Notes: generated from the sequence alone by a model not told the origin. A stretch of 64,000 nt of DNA from Synergistales bacterium (GCA_963666205.1 OY762654.1:160001-224000), one strand, 5' to 3'; counted from the stretch's first letter, positions 49,799 through 60,764 are shown. Numbers and translations: made by a program.

Positions 49799-52368
49799 TA
49801 TTTTACCCCTCCCCTGCTTTTCTCTTTTAATCGGTGAAGGATCTCCAGAGCCTGTAAGGGGGTGGTATTATCAAGATCAAGGGTGCTGATTTCCTCAATT
49901 ACAGCAGTTGTGTTCACTGAAAAAAGATCCAGCTGATGCGGTGATGGTTTCTGTGAATCACCGATAACTTCATGGGGATAATTACCCTTGGATTCAAAAC
50001 GGTCAAGAAGTTCCATGGAACGGGTTATCACCTGTCTGGGAATACCGGCAAGTCTGGCTACCTCGACGCCGTAGGAGCGGTTCGAAGGCTTTTCAATAAC
50101 CTGGTGAAGGAATGTTATCCTCCCTGATATTTCGTTTACAGCCATGCTGAGGTTAAAGACCCCATCGAGCCGTTCTTCGAGGCAGGTGAGTTCGTGGTAA
50201 TGGGTAGCGAAGAGCACCTTTGGTGCGGGAGAACAGTGATGATGTAAGTATTCGATGACAGCCCAGGCTATGCTCATCCCATCATATGTAGATGTTCCAC
50301 GCCCTATCTCATCCAGAATCACAAGACTCCGACCGGTGACATTCCGCAGGATATTAGCAGTTTCTACCATTTCAACCATGAAAGTGCTATTTCCCCTCGA
50401 CAATTCATCCCGGGCACCGATACGGGTGAAGATCCTGTCAATTAAAGGAATACTGGCTTTTTCACAGGGAAGGAAGGAACCCATCTGGGCCATTACGATC
50501 AGGAGTGCACTCATTCTGAGGTATGTAGATTTACCAGCCATATTCGGACCAGTAAGAATGGCAATATTCCTCTCTGGTGAAGAAAGTTCGACATCGTTGG
50601 GAACAAAAGGTACCTCAGGGAATACCTGTTCAATTACGGGATGTCTTCCACCCCTGATCAGAATAGCTCCTGATTCCGTTATCGCAGGCCTGGTATAGGA
50701 CCTGTCCATAGCTGTTCGGGCAAGTGACGCTATGACATCTATACAGGAAAGGGCTCTCCCTGAAGTCTGAAGATCCTGAGTATACTGAAGAACAGTTTCA
50801 ACAAGTTTTCTGTACAGTTCTGTCTCTCTGGATCTGGCCTTCTGTTCTGACAAAAGCATCTTATCTTCAAATTCTTTCAATTCAGAAGTTATATATCTTT
50901 CTGAACTGACAAGGGTCTGTCTCCTGATGTAATTGTCCGGGATCTTTTCATGGTTTGATCTCGAGATCTCCAGATAGTATCCAAAGACCCTGTTATAACC
51001 AACCTTAAGCTTCTGGATCCCGGTACGTTCTTTCTCTTCTGTGAGGAATTTATCAAGCCAGGCTTTACCGTTGGCTGAAAGATCCCTCCAGTAATCGAGG
51101 TCCTGATCATAACCAGACCTGATAACAGGACTGGATGTAATAAGGTTCCTGGGAGGTTCATCCACAAGGGCTTTTTCTAGTTCGAGATAGAGGTTCGGCA
51201 GATCAGCTATTTCATTTACCCAGGGTTTAAGGTTCCTGTTGCTGCAACAGCAGGTTATAGCAGGTAACTGTTTCAGGGTATCCCTTATTGCACCGATGTC
51301 CCTGGGAGTTCCTGTACCAAGACTCAACCTTGCCAAAGCCCTCTCCATGTCACGGCATCCGGACAAAGAGGATCTGAGATTTTCAAGTATTGCCGGCTCA
51401 TCAAGAAGACAGGCTACTGCATCCTGTCTTCTTGAGATCTGCGTAATGTCAAGAAGAGGATGAAGGATCCAGTCCTTCATTTCCCTCTTTCCCATAGGGG
51501 TCCTGCACTGGTTAAGAAGGGAATAGAGGGAATGCCTCTCCTTTCCAACAAGTTCAAGATTAGTCTGTGTGGTTACGTCAAGGTACATTCTGGAGGTCTG
51601 AAGAAGGGGTTTTATGCCATTTATATATCTGACGGCCGAAAACTGCGTTTCACGAAGATAGAGAATTACAGCATGGGCACAGCCAATGGCCGGATCATCA
51701 TCCTCTATTCCGAAACCGCTGAATGTAGTTACACCCCAGAGTTGAGATAAAGATCTGATCCCGCTGATAATATTAAAATCATCTCTACTTCTTTCAACAA
51801 TCGTTACATCCGGGAACTCGGAAAGGAACGAAGAAATATCAGAACCCTGGCAAATGACAAATTCCCGGGGTTCAAAGGCCTTCAGGGCTCCAACTGCATC
51901 CTGAAACTGGAGCATACCAGCCTCAAGCGTTCCGGTACCTACTGAAAGCAAGGCAAGGGCAATGCCCTCTTTAACTGGTAGTATGGATGCAATTCTTGCA
52001 TCAGAAGGTTCATCATCGGAAAGGAATGTACCCGGAGTAATTACCCTTACTACTTCCCTTTCTACCAGGTTTTTCCCATCCGGTTCACTGACCTGTTCAC
52101 ATATGGCAACACGGAGACCATAGTTTACCAATCGGGCCAGATAACTGTTAACAGCATGAAATGGAACACCTGCCATGGGAATCTTTTTTTTAGGGTCACG
52201 GCTGGTAAGGGAAATATCCAGAATTTCAGAGGCCTTTCTTGCGTCTTCGAAAAAGAGTTCATAAAAATCTCCCATCCTGAAAAAAAGAAGACAATCCGGA
52301 TATTTCTGCTTCCATTCCATATATTGTTTCAACATCGGAGTTATCTTTACACCGGCAGGAATATTCAA
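49798..52368 (-). CDS. mutS: DNA mismatch repair protein MutS
   Basis: GDFYELF, GPNMAGKST, STFMVEM, DEIGRGT, ATHYHEL. Confidence 0.98.
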   Translation of the reverse strand: MNIPAGVKITPMLKQYMEWKQKYPDCLLFFRMGDFYELFFEDARKASEILDISLTSRDPKKKIPMAGVPFHAVNSYLARLVNYGLRVAICEQVSEPDGKNLVEREVVRVITPGTFLSDDEPSDARIASILPVKEGIALALLSVGTGTLEAGMLQFQDAVGALKAFEPREFVICQGSDISSFLSEFPDVTIVERSRDDFNIISGIRSLSQLWGVTTFSGFGIEDDDPAIGCAHAVILYLRETQFSAVRYINGIKPLLQTSRMYLDVTTQTNLELVGKERHSLYSLLNQCRTPMGKREMKDWILHPLLDITQISRRQDAVACLLDEPAILENLRSSLSGCRDMERALARLSLGTGTPRDIGAIRDTLKQLPAITCCCSNRNLKPWVNEIADLPNLYLELEKALVDEPPRNLITSSPVIRSGYDQDLDYWRDLSANGKAWLDKFLTEEKERTGIQKLKVGYNRVFGYYLEISRSNHEKIPDNYIRRQTLVSSERYITSELKEFEDKMLLSEQKARSRETELYRKLVETVLQYTQDLQTSGRALSCIDVIASLARTAMDRSYTRPAITESGAILIRGGRHPVIEQVFPEVPFVPNDVELSSPERNIAILTGPNMAGKSTYLRMSALLIVMAQMGSFLPCEKASIPLIDRIFTRIGARDELSRGNSTFMVEMVETANILRNVTGRSLVILDEIGRGTSTYDGMSIAWAVIEYLHHHCSPAPKVLFATHYHELTCLEERLDGVFNLSMAVNEISGRITFLHQVIEKPSNRSYGVEVARLAGIPRQVITRSMELLDRFESKGNYPHEVIGDSQKPSPHQLDLFSVNTTAVIEEISTLDLDNTTPLQALEILHRLKEKSRGGVK

Positions 52369-52370
52369 CG

Positions 52371-52799
52371 TTAGTTTTCTCTCCTAAGATGATCAATGTA
52401 ATCCTGAAGGATTATAGCAGCAGCGATCCTGTCCACCTTTGACCTGCGCTTTTCTCGGCGTATACCTACTTCAATAAGCGTTCTGTTTGCAATTACTGTA
52501 CTATATCTTTCATCCCATAACCTTATGGAAAGCTGTGGATACCTTTCTTCGAGGATTTTGGACCAATCCAGGATCTTTCGGGCTTCCGGTCCTATCTGTC
52601 CATTTGTCCTTACAGGGTAACCAATAAGGATGACGGAGGGCTCATATTTTTCTATTAAACGATCCAGTTTTTCAAGCCACAGGTCGTCTGCCGGGATAAC
52701 ATCGATCCCCTGGGCAAACATACCCAGGGGATCGGTCACGGCTACACCGATACGAACATGGCCGATATCAAGACAGAGGATTCTTTTACTCTGCGCCAT
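52371..52799 (-). CDS. ruvX: YqgF/RuvX family nuclease
   Basis: LDIGHVRIGVAVTD, WDERYST, DRIAAAIILQ. Confidence 0.95.
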   Translation of the reverse strand: MAQSKRILCLDIGHVRIGVAVTDPLGMFAQGIDVIPADDLWLEKLDRLIEKYEPSVILIGYPVRTNGQIGPEARKILDWSKILEERYPQLSIRLWDERYSTVIANRTLIEVGIRREKRRSKVDRIAAAIILQDYIDHLRREN

Positions 52800-55444
52800 C
52801 AGTTCTTCAACTGTTCTTTGACAGCAGAAAGAACCTGAACTAGTGCCTCTTTGGTCCTGGAAGGTTCTTTACCTCCGGCCTGAGCAAGGTTAGGTCTTCC
52901 GCCACCGCCGCCACCCACTATACTGGCAATTTCTCTTAGAAGGTTTCCGGCGTGGACTCCTGCATCCACTGCTTCCTTATCTGCCATTGCGATTATGGCG
53001 ACCTGGTTATTACTATTGTTTGAGGCAAGGACCACTATCGTACCCTTTTTCCCGGCAGTAAGTTTATCCCCAAGTTCACGCATAATATCCTGGGTCACAT
53101 CATGAAGGCAGGAGGTAAAAAGGGTCATACCATTTGGAAGTTCGATTGATTCTACCAGATCATTGATATCTGAGGCCAATGACTGTTTCTTGACCTGCTC
53201 CAATTCTTTTCTGGTTTCTTTAAGGTCTTTCTGGATCTTTTCAACTTTCTCCTGTAGTCCAGATGGTTCAATAGACAAAGACCGGGAAAGATCACTGATG
53301 GTATTCAGAGTTGTCTGGAGCAACTTGAGACTTTCGAGTCCGGTTACTGCAGTTATACGCCGCAGACCCGATCCGATCCCTTCTTCCCTTATGATCTTGA
53401 AGAGTCCTATCTGGCCTGTTGAGTCTACATGAATGCCACCACAGAGTTCGGAGGAAAAATCATCTACTTTTACAACTCTGACCTTTTCTCCATATTTTTC
53501 TTCAAAAAGGGCTTTAGCACCAGTTTCTTTGGCTGATTCCATATCCATTTCCTGAATATTGATACTGAGATCCTTAAGGATCTCCATGTTAACAATATCT
53601 TCTATCTTCTTGATCTGGTCGTCCTTAAGTGATTCAAAGTGCGTGAAATCGAAGCGTAGAAAATCCGGTGAAACCAGGGAACCAGCCTGTCTTGCATGTC
53701 CGCCTACGACTCTGGTCAAGGCTTCATGAAGGAGGTGTGTAGCTGTATGATTTCTTGTAACTGCACTCCGCTGCAAAAGATCTGGAATAGCCTTTATCTC
53801 CATATCCTTTGACAGGGGACCTACCTCCACTCTGACCCTGTGGCAGATCAGCTCACCGGAGGTATATACCGTATCGAGAACCACGGCATTGGCAGTTTCA
53901 TTTGCTATTCTACCTCTGTCCCCGATCTGGCCTCCCCTTTCTGCATAAAAGGGAGTGTCCTGAAGGAAAACCTCTCCTCTTTCTCCGGATCTCAGGCTAT
54001 CGACTTCAACGCCATCTTTTAATATAACAGCGATCTTAGTTACGGAAGAATCCAGGGAATATCCGGTAAAGGGAGTGGCACCCAATCGATTGAGAAGATC
54101 AGAATAGATATCACCTTTCATCTCTGTCTGAATGTGCTTACTGGCAGCACGAGCTCTTTCTTTCTGTTCAGTCATCAGTCGGGTAAAACCTTCTTCATCG
54201 ACCTTCAGTCCCCTTTCTTCGCAGATTTCACGGGTAAGTTCCAGAGGGAAGCCATAGGTGTCATACAGTTCAAAAGCAATTGAACCCGAGAGGACATCAC
54301 CTTTCTTTTGCTGCAATAAGTCGATTTCGGACTCTATGAGATTAGTTCCCTGTTCAAGGGTATGGGAAAAACGGTTTTCCTCAACAGAAATTATCTGTTC
54401 AACCATCAACCTGTTATTGACAAGTTCCTGATAGGGATCACTCATAAGTTCAATTACCACGGGAAGTAGATCAACAAGGAAGGGATCTCTGAGCCCGATC
54501 AGCCGACCATACCGTACTGCCCTTCGCAGGAGTCTCCTCAGTACATATCCCTGTCCGTCGTTAGCTGGAAGAATACCGTCTGCTATCATGAAGGCTACTG
54601 ACCTGAGGTGATCCGAAATAACCCTGACGGCAAGATCTCCCCCTTCGGTCTCTCCATACTCTATCCCGGCCATTGAACATACAGCATTGATGATAGGCAT
54701 GAAGAGGTCTGTCTCGAAATCTGTCCTTACATTCTGTACGACAGAAGTCAGGCGTTCAAGCCCCATACCAGTATCAATGTTCTTCTTCGGAAGGGGAACC
54801 AGGGTTCCATCTTCCATTCTGTCATACTGCGTAAAGACGAGGTTCCAGATTTCCAGATACCTGTCACAGTCACATCCGACATCACAGGTCGGTTTTCCAC
54901 ATGAATATTCCGGTCCCTGGTCATACATTATTTCGGAGCATGGGCCGCAGGGTCCGGTATTACCCATGAACCAGTAGTTTTCATCCTCACCAAAACGGTA
55001 GATCCGTTCTTCCGGCAGACCGATAGTTTCATTCCATATTCTGAAAGATTCTTCATCATCCCTGTATATGGTTGCATACAGCCTGCGCGGATCAAGCCCT
55101 ATATACTCCGTGAGGAATTCCCAGGCCCATGTAATTGCTTCTTTCTTGAAATAGTCACCCCATGCAAAATTGCCAAGCATTTCAAAGAAAGTATGGTGAC
55201 GGGCTGTATGACCCACATTTTCTATATCATTGGTTCTGACACATTTCTGGGATGTAACGGCTCTTGTATGCTCCGGAGTTTTAAGTCCAAGGTAATACTG
55301 TTTGAATGGGACCATCCCGGCAATTGTAAACAGCAGGGTAGGATCATCCGGAACAAGAGAAAAGCTCTGATAATGTTTACTTCCCTTTGAGATCCAGAAA
55401 TCGATGAAAAGATCCCTGATCTCTTTTCCACTTCTCCACTGCAT
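52799..55444 (-). CDS. alaS: Alanine--tRNA ligase
   Basis: DPTLLF, HHTFFEMLGN, IDTGMGLER, NHTATH, ELCGG, GGGGGR..AQAGG; start ATG 55444. Confidence 0.98.
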   Translation of the reverse strand: MQWRSGKEIRDLFIDFWISKGSKHYQSFSLVPDDPTLLFTIAGMVPFKQYYLGLKTPEHTRAVTSQKCVRTNDIENVGHTARHHTFFEMLGNFAWGDYFKKEAITWAWEFLTEYIGLDPRRLYATIYRDDEESFRIWNETIGLPEERIYRFGEDENYWFMGNTGPCGPCSEIMYDQGPEYSCGKPTCDVGCDCDRYLEIWNLVFTQYDRMEDGTLVPLPKKNIDTGMGLERLTSVVQNVRTDFETDLFMPIINAVCSMAGIEYGETEGGDLAVRVISDHLRSVAFMIADGILPANDGQGYVLRRLLRRAVRYGRLIGLRDPFLVDLLPVVIELMSDPYQELVNNRLMVEQIISVEENRFSHTLEQGTNLIESEIDLLQQKKGDVLSGSIAFELYDTYGFPLELTREICEERGLKVDEEGFTRLMTEQKERARAASKHIQTEMKGDIYSDLLNRLGATPFTGYSLDSSVTKIAVILKDGVEVDSLRSGERGEVFLQDTPFYAERGGQIGDRGRIANETANAVVLDTVYTSGELICHRVRVEVGPLSKDMEIKAIPDLLQRSAVTRNHTATHLLHEALTRVVGGHARQAGSLVSPDFLRFDFTHFESLKDDQIKKIEDIVNMEILKDLSINIQEMDMESAKETGAKALFEEKYGEKVRVVKVDDFSSELCGGIHVDSTGQIGLFKIIREEGIGSGLRRITAVTGLESLKLLQTTLNTISDLSRSLSIEPSGLQEKVEKIQKDLKETRKELEQVKKQSLASDINDLVESIELPNGMTLFTSCLHDVTQDIMRELGDKLTAGKKGTIVVLASNNSNNQVAIIAMADKEAVDAGVHAGNLLREIASIVGGGGGGRPNLAQAGGKEPSRTKEALVQVLSAVKEQLKN

Positions 55445-55476
55445 TATTAGAACCCCTTCCCGCGAGAATTCATGTT

Positions 55477-56766
55477 TTAAAGCGACTGATCTACCAGTTC
55501 TTTTCGGCAACGTAAAGACTGGCGGATTATTTCATCCCTGTCTGCAAGACAGAATCGATCATCCCTGTATATCCATTTACCTTTCACCATTGTTGATTTT
55601 ACATCGGCACTGGAGCCTGCGTAAACGATGAAACAGCAGAGATTATCAGGATCAACACCGACGTAGTGGGGTTGGTCCAGATCTACTATTGCAAGATCAG
55701 CTTCCCACTGTTCAAGTATTCTACCGGTCTTCTCAAAACCAAGACTATGAGCACCTCCATAGGTTGCCATGCGAAGGATATCAGATGCCCTTGCAAGTGT
55801 TGGATCCTTGTTGACACCTTTATGAAGAAGGGCGGCAGTCTTCATCTCATCCCAGATATCCAGCTGGTTGTTACTAGCCGCTCCATCTGAACCGAGCGAA
55901 ATATTTATCCCGAGACGGTATGCCTCGTCAAGAGGGAATATCCCGCTGCCCAGCTTGAGATTACTTTTTACATTATGGCAAAGGGTGATATTCCTGTCTT
56001 TAAAAGGTATCATTTCTGAAAGAGGAAACCAGACACAGTGGGCCAGAATGAGAAATGGCGCTGAAGCAAGGCCTGTTTCTTCAAGGTATTCGGAAGGAGA
56101 CATTCTGAATTCATCTGAAAGATATTGTTTTTCCCACTCCGCCTCAAGAAAGTGAAAATGAACACCTGCTCCAATTTCTCCAGCCAGGGCAGTTATCACT
56201 TTCAGCATATCCGGGGAGACCGTATAGGGAGCATGAGGCCCTAACTGGATTGAAATAAGACCGTCACGACCGTTCCATTCCCTGAAAAGGGCAGCATTTT
56301 CATCCAGTTTACTCCGGTCATCTCCAATAAGTCCCCGGCAGAGACCGGCACGCATTCCCATCTCTGTTGCAGCCCGGGCTACCTGATCCATTTCAAAATA
56401 CATGTCCCCAAAGCATGTAACTCCCTTTGAAGCCATTTCCAGAAGGGCCAGCCTGGTACCCCAATAAATATGTTCCGGGGTAAGCTTTGCTTCAACGGGC
56501 CATATTTTTTCCCTGAGCCACTCCATGAGGGGTTTTTCTTCGCCAAGGCCTCTAAGAAGGCTCATGGCAGCATGGGTATGTCCGTTGACGAATCCGGGAA
56601 GTACGGCAAATCTTCCCCTACCCTCTAAAGTTTCATCTGTCGGACCAGAAAAGGTTAGAGGTTCACAGATCCGTTCTATTTTCCCGTCATTAATAAAGAT
56701 ATCACATGGTAGAGCACTATTCATAAACCCGTCAAGGGCAAGTACATCTCTGAACAAGACTGACAT
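55477..56766 (-). CDS. mtaD: 5'-methylthioadenosine/S-adenosylhomocysteine deaminase (amidohydrolase)
   Basis: GHTHAAM, WL..IWPVE, DMYF, PHAPYT, HFLE, SNLKLGSG, GSDGAASNN; adjacent to ahcY and mtnA. Confidence 0.88.
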   Translation of the reverse strand: MSVLFRDVLALDGFMNSALPCDIFINDGKIERICEPLTFSGPTDETLEGRGRFAVLPGFVNGHTHAAMSLLRGLGEEKPLMEWLREKIWPVEAKLTPEHIYWGTRLALLEMASKGVTCFGDMYFEMDQVARAATEMGMRAGLCRGLIGDDRSKLDENAALFREWNGRDGLISIQLGPHAPYTVSPDMLKVITALAGEIGAGVHFHFLEAEWEKQYLSDEFRMSPSEYLEETGLASAPFLILAHCVWFPLSEMIPFKDRNITLCHNVKSNLKLGSGIFPLDEAYRLGINISLGSDGAASNNQLDIWDEMKTAALLHKGVNKDPTLARASDILRMATYGGAHSLGFEKTGRILEQWEADLAIVDLDQPHYVGVDPDNLCCFIVYAGSSADVKSTMVKGKWIYRDDRFCLADRDEIIRQSLRCRKELVDQSL

Positions 56767-56809
56767 GAAGAATACTCCCTTCTATCTTCCAGGGTTTGAA
56801 TACTGGACT

Positions 56810-58054
56810 TTATTCTTTCCAGCTCTGGAGGTACTTCTGCTGTTCATCTGTTAGATCTTCAAGTTCAATACCCATGGATCTCAGTTTGGTCTTCATTACA
56901 GACCCATCGATATCCTGAGGAACATCATAGAGACCTGGTTTGAGACCGGCATCCTTTACAAAGATCGCACATTCAAGCTGGGTTGCAAAGCTCAGATCCA
57001 TGATCTCAACAGGATGACCATCTCCTGCTGCAAGATTAACAAGTCTTCCCTGAGCCATCAGGTGGATCTTTCGGCCATTTTTCAAAAGATAGGTTTCAAT
57101 ATTATCTCTTGTAGCAGTTTTAGCGGTAGAAAGATCTTCCAGATCGGGAATAGAGATTTCAACATCAAAATGACCCGCATTCCCAAGAATAGCTCCATCT
57201 TTCATCATTTCCAGATGTTCTTTCCTTATTACCCTGATATTTCCGGTCAGAGTCAGGAAGATATCTCCCTTCGGAGCAGCATCGGTCATTGGCATGACCT
57301 CATATCCATCCATAATAGCTTCAAAGGCCTTGTGGGGATCCACCTCTACTATAATCACATGTGCCCCAAGGGCTGCTGCTCTCATAGCCACCCCCCTGCC
57401 ACACCACCCATAACCGGCCACTACAACTTTTTTGCCGGCAATTATAAGGTTGGTACTCCTTAGAAGGGCATCCCAAACTGATTGTCCGGTCCCATACCTG
57501 TTATCAAAGAGATATTTACTCTTGGCGTCATTTACAGAGATCATTGGAAAGGACAGCACTCCCTCCTTCTCCATGGCTTTGAGCCTTTTAATACCGGAGG
57601 TCGTCTCTTCATTACCACCCAGTATCCCTGGAAGGAGATCCCTTCTTTCCTCATGTATCATTGCCACAAGATCCGCTCCGTCATCGATGATCAGCCTGGG
57701 ATTATAGGTCAGGACCCTTCTCAGATTTTCAGAATATTCATCAGTATTCATACCATGATGACTGAATACATGGATTCCTGAAGCAACCAGGGCGGCGCAG
57801 ATATCATCCTGGGTGGAAAGAGGGTTTGAACCTGCTGCAAAAACTGTAGCACCCAGATCACGGAAAGTATTGAGGAGACAGGCTGTTTTAGCTTCAAGGT
57901 GAAGACATGCAGCAATGGATAATCCATAAAAGGGCTTGGAAGCAGCATATTTTTCCCTGAGAACTCGCAGGACCGGCATATAGGACCATGCCCAGTCTAT
58001 CTTTTTTTGTCCGGCTCCAGCCAGACCTGGATCGGCTATCTTGAAATCGGTCAT
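56810..58054 (-). CDS. ahcY: Adenosylhomocysteinase family hydrolase (short archaeal/Thermotoga type)
   Basis: HLEAKT, GSNPLSTQD, DDGAD, EETTSG, KYLFDNRYG, GYGWCGRG, GRLVNL, GHP. Confidence 0.95.
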   Translation of the reverse strand: MTDFKIADPGLAGAGQKKIDWAWSYMPVLRVLREKYAASKPFYGLSIAACLHLEAKTACLLNTFRDLGATVFAAGSNPLSTQDDICAALVASGIHVFSHHGMNTDEYSENLRRVLTYNPRLIIDDGADLVAMIHEERRDLLPGILGGNEETTSGIKRLKAMEKEGVLSFPMISVNDAKSKYLFDNRYGTGQSVWDALLRSTNLIIAGKKVVVAGYGWCGRGVAMRAAALGAHVIIVEVDPHKAFEAIMDGYEVMPMTDAAPKGDIFLTLTGNIRVIRKEHLEMMKDGAILGNAGHFDVEISIPDLEDLSTAKTATRDNIETYLLKNGRKIHLMAQGRLVNLAAGDGHPVEIMDLSFATQLECAIFVKDAGLKPGLYDVPQDIDGSVMKTKLRSMGIELEDLTDEQQKYLQSWKE

Positions 58055-58067
58055 TGTTTCACATCCT

Positions 58068-59078
58068 TCAGAGTTTCTTTTTGAATGAATCTATATTAAC
58101 AGAGACAGGAGCCATGATAAGGCCCTTCTCGGTAACGATCGCAGAAATCAGTTCAGAAGGTGTAACATCAAAAGCCGGGTTATATACACAATAGTTATCA
58201 GGAAGAGATGCATCACCACCCAGACACAGGACCTCTGACGCCTCTCTCCTTTCTATGGGAATATCTTCTCCTGAAAGCAGGGACCAGTCAAAAGTGCTTA
58301 GGGGAGCAGCCACGTAGAATGGGATGGAATGGTATTGTGAAAGAATGGCAAGCTGGTATGTGCCTATTTTGTTGGCCACATCACCCCTTGATGTTACCCG
58401 GTCAGCACCCACTATTACTGCATCTATTTTTCCGTCCTTCATAAGAGAACCAGCCATATTGTCACAGATGAGAGTTACATCGATGTCATCCTGCATAAGC
58501 TCCCATACAGTCAGTCGTGCACCCTGAAGGACGGGACGTGTTTCATCGGCAAAGACCCGCACTGTTTTTTTCATTTCCTTTGCAGTCCTTATAATCCCGA
58601 GGGCTGTACCATGTCCCCCGGTAGCAAGGGCTCCTGCATTGCAGTGAGTGATAATCCTGCAGGTTTCAGGAAGGATCTCTGCACCTTTTTTTCCAATAAC
58701 CCTGTTGATCCGGATATCTTCAGCAAGGATCTGATGAGCTTCATTGAGAAGGGTTCGGGGAACGTCCTTCTCCTGTGAAGCGTAAAATGCAGCCTCCATC
58801 CTTTTCAGACTCCAGAAAAGATTTACCGCAGTGGGTCTGGTCTGGGAAAGTCGCTCTATGGCAGGAATGATACTGTCGGGTCCTTCGAGTGCTGCAAGGG
58901 CGACTCCGTAGGCTGCAGCTATCCCTATAGCAGGAGCTCCTCTTATAGTGAGTTTTTCGATAGCATGGGCAACTTCAGAGTAGTTTTTACATATACAATA
59001 TGACACTTCCCAAGGGATTCTCCTCTGATCAAGTATTGCAAGTCTATCATCTTTCCATATCAGTGTCCGGGGAAGCAT
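58068..59078 (-). CDS. mtnA: S-methyl-5-thioribose-1-phosphate isomerase
   Basis: LDQR, RGAPAIG, RPTAVNL, THCNAG, ETRP, ANKIGT, NPAFDVTP. Confidence 0.95.
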   Translation of the reverse strand: MLPRTLIWKDDRLAILDQRRIPWEVSYCICKNYSEVAHAIEKLTIRGAPAIGIAAAYGVALAALEGPDSIIPAIERLSQTRPTAVNLFWSLKRMEAAFYASQEKDVPRTLLNEAHQILAEDIRINRVIGKKGAEILPETCRIITHCNAGALATGGHGTALGIIRTAKEMKKTVRVFADETRPVLQGARLTVWELMQDDIDVTLICDNMAGSLMKDGKIDAVIVGADRVTSRGDVANKIGTYQLAILSQYHSIPFYVAAPLSTFDWSLLSGEDIPIERREASEVLCLGGDASLPDNYCVYNPAFDVTPSELISAIVTEKGLIMAPVSVNIDSFKKKL

Positions 59079-59104
59079 ATAAAGACCTCCTGCCTTAATT
59101 TCTG

Positions 59105-60325
59105 TCAGTGATCTTCAGATGGAGATGTACTTATGATCTCAGCCAGAGCATTTCCATCCTTAAGGTTGAGGGAATAAACTGAGTTAACCTCAAGTTCAGA
59201 AACTGATACAATGACTTTATCTGAAAGAATCGATTGACAGGTTATAAACCCTCTCTCAAGTACAGAGAGAGGAGAAAGAGCATTAAGGGAAGAAGCAAGG
59301 CGTGATAACTGCAGGTTATCCTTGTGGATCTTTTCATTCATTGCAGAAAGTATGCCCTTGGCGCTGTCAGATACACGGGATGACTCGAGATGAAGGGCAT
59401 TATGCAGAAGATGATTGAATGTGAGAAACTGTCTATCCAGATAGTTTCCGCGGGTTTCTATCTGATGTAGAAGACCAGAACCCAGTTTGTAAAGATCGTT
59501 ACCCAGCAGACGGGACACTTCTGTACGATCAGGGAAAAGGGTTTCCGCTGCAGCAGAAGGTGTGGGAGCAGAAACATCTGCTGCAAGATCACACAGGGTA
59601 AGGTCAACCTGGTGTCCAAGACCAGTTATTACAGGAACTGCCAGATTTCTTACAGACCTGACCACCAGTTCATCGTCAAAAGGATTCAGGTCATCCCTGC
59701 TGCCACCTCCACGAGCCAGTATAGCCGCTTCTATCCCCGAGAGACTGTTTGTATAACGGAGGGCCTTTACCAGTTCGGAAGGTGCCTCCAGACCTTGAAC
59801 AAGAGTTGGAATAACTACGATGGAACAGACGGGGAACCTATTGGAAGCAACCTTGATAACGTCACGAATGGCAGCGCCGGTCGGTGACGTTATTACCGCG
59901 ATACTGGACGGATAGGAGGGAAGTGGCCTTTTCAGCCGTGGATCGAAAAGGCCATCTTCTGCAAGTTTCTTTTTAATTTCTTCCCGTGCCCTGGCAGCAG
60001 CACCAGGACCAATGGGTACAATATTTCGGGCATAAATCTGATAGGAACTTCGGGCTGGATATATAGCTATCCTGCCCTGGACAATTACTTCATCTCCCTG
60101 TTTAGGCCACTGAGGCACATTGCGGGTATCTGACCTGAACATTACACCCGATAGACGGGCATCTTCTCCGCTGAGAGTGAAGTATACATGTCCACTGCCA
60201 TGTTTCTTGAATTCCAGGATCTCACCCTTCACATTCAGGGACTGAAGAACAGGATCACCTGTTATTAGCGCCTGAATTCGGGAAGAAACCTCTTCAACGG
60301 TCAGAGTCTGGTTCAGTATGGACAA
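59105..60325 (-). CDS. xseA: Exodeoxyribonuclease VII large subunit
   Basis: GHVYFTL, TSPTGAAIRD, RGGGS, PTPSAAAE, LSP..VLERGF; probable TTG start at 60325. Confidence 0.93.
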   Translation of the reverse strand: MSILNQTLTVEEVSSRIQALITGDPVLQSLNVKGEILEFKKHGSGHVYFTLSGEDARLSGVMFRSDTRNVPQWPKQGDEVIVQGRIAIYPARSSYQIYARNIVPIGPGAAARAREEIKKKLAEDGLFDPRLKRPLPSYPSSIAVITSPTGAAIRDVIKVASNRFPVCSIVVIPTLVQGLEAPSELVKALRYTNSLSGIEAAILARGGGSRDDLNPFDDELVVRSVRNLAVPVITGLGHQVDLTLCDLAADVSAPTPSAAAETLFPDRTEVSRLLGNDLYKLGSGLLHQIETRGNYLDRQFLTFNHLLHNALHLESSRVSDSAKGILSAMNEKIHKDNLQLSRLASSLNALSPLSVLERGFITCQSILSDKVIVSVSELEVNSVYSLNLKDGNALAEIISTSPSEDH

Positions 60326-60764
60326 TACCTGGTCCTGCTTCCTCGGAAACTGCGCGGATAATTCGCCCGAGAACTCCATTGACAAACTTCGCAGATTCTT
60401 CAGTTCCAAAGGTCCTTGCAAGCTCAACAGCTTCTGAGATTGCAACAGGGATGGGTATAAGTGGCTTTATATAGCTTTCATAAAGGGCCAGTCTCAAAGC
60501 GGCCCTGTCCACTGCAACCATCCTCTCCGGGCGCCAACCTGTCAGATAGGTACGGATCAGTTTGTCGATCGCCACTCTTTCACCCCATGCTCCTCTAACG
60601 AGCATTTCAGCATATTTCCAGATCTCTTCATCTTCATCCATCGACGCGAACAAAGCGAGCGCCTCATCGGGAGACTGATCTGCCCTTATGTCAAGAGCAT
60701 ACAACATCTGAAGAGCGATCTCCCGAGACCGCCTTCTTTTTTGGGGCAAAAGGTTTTTCGACAA
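60294..60764 (-). CDS. nusB: Transcription antitermination factor NusB
   Basis: RRRSREIALQMLY, DRAALR, EAVELARTFG, FVNGVL. Confidence 0.96.
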   Translation of the reverse strand: MSKNLLPQKRRRSREIALQMLYALDIRADQSPDEALALFASMDEDEEIWKYAEMLVRGAWGERVAIDKLIRTYLTGWRPERMVAVDRAALRLALYESYIKPLIPIPVAISEAVELARTFGTEESAKFVNGVLGRIIRAVSEEAGPGIVHTEPDSDR

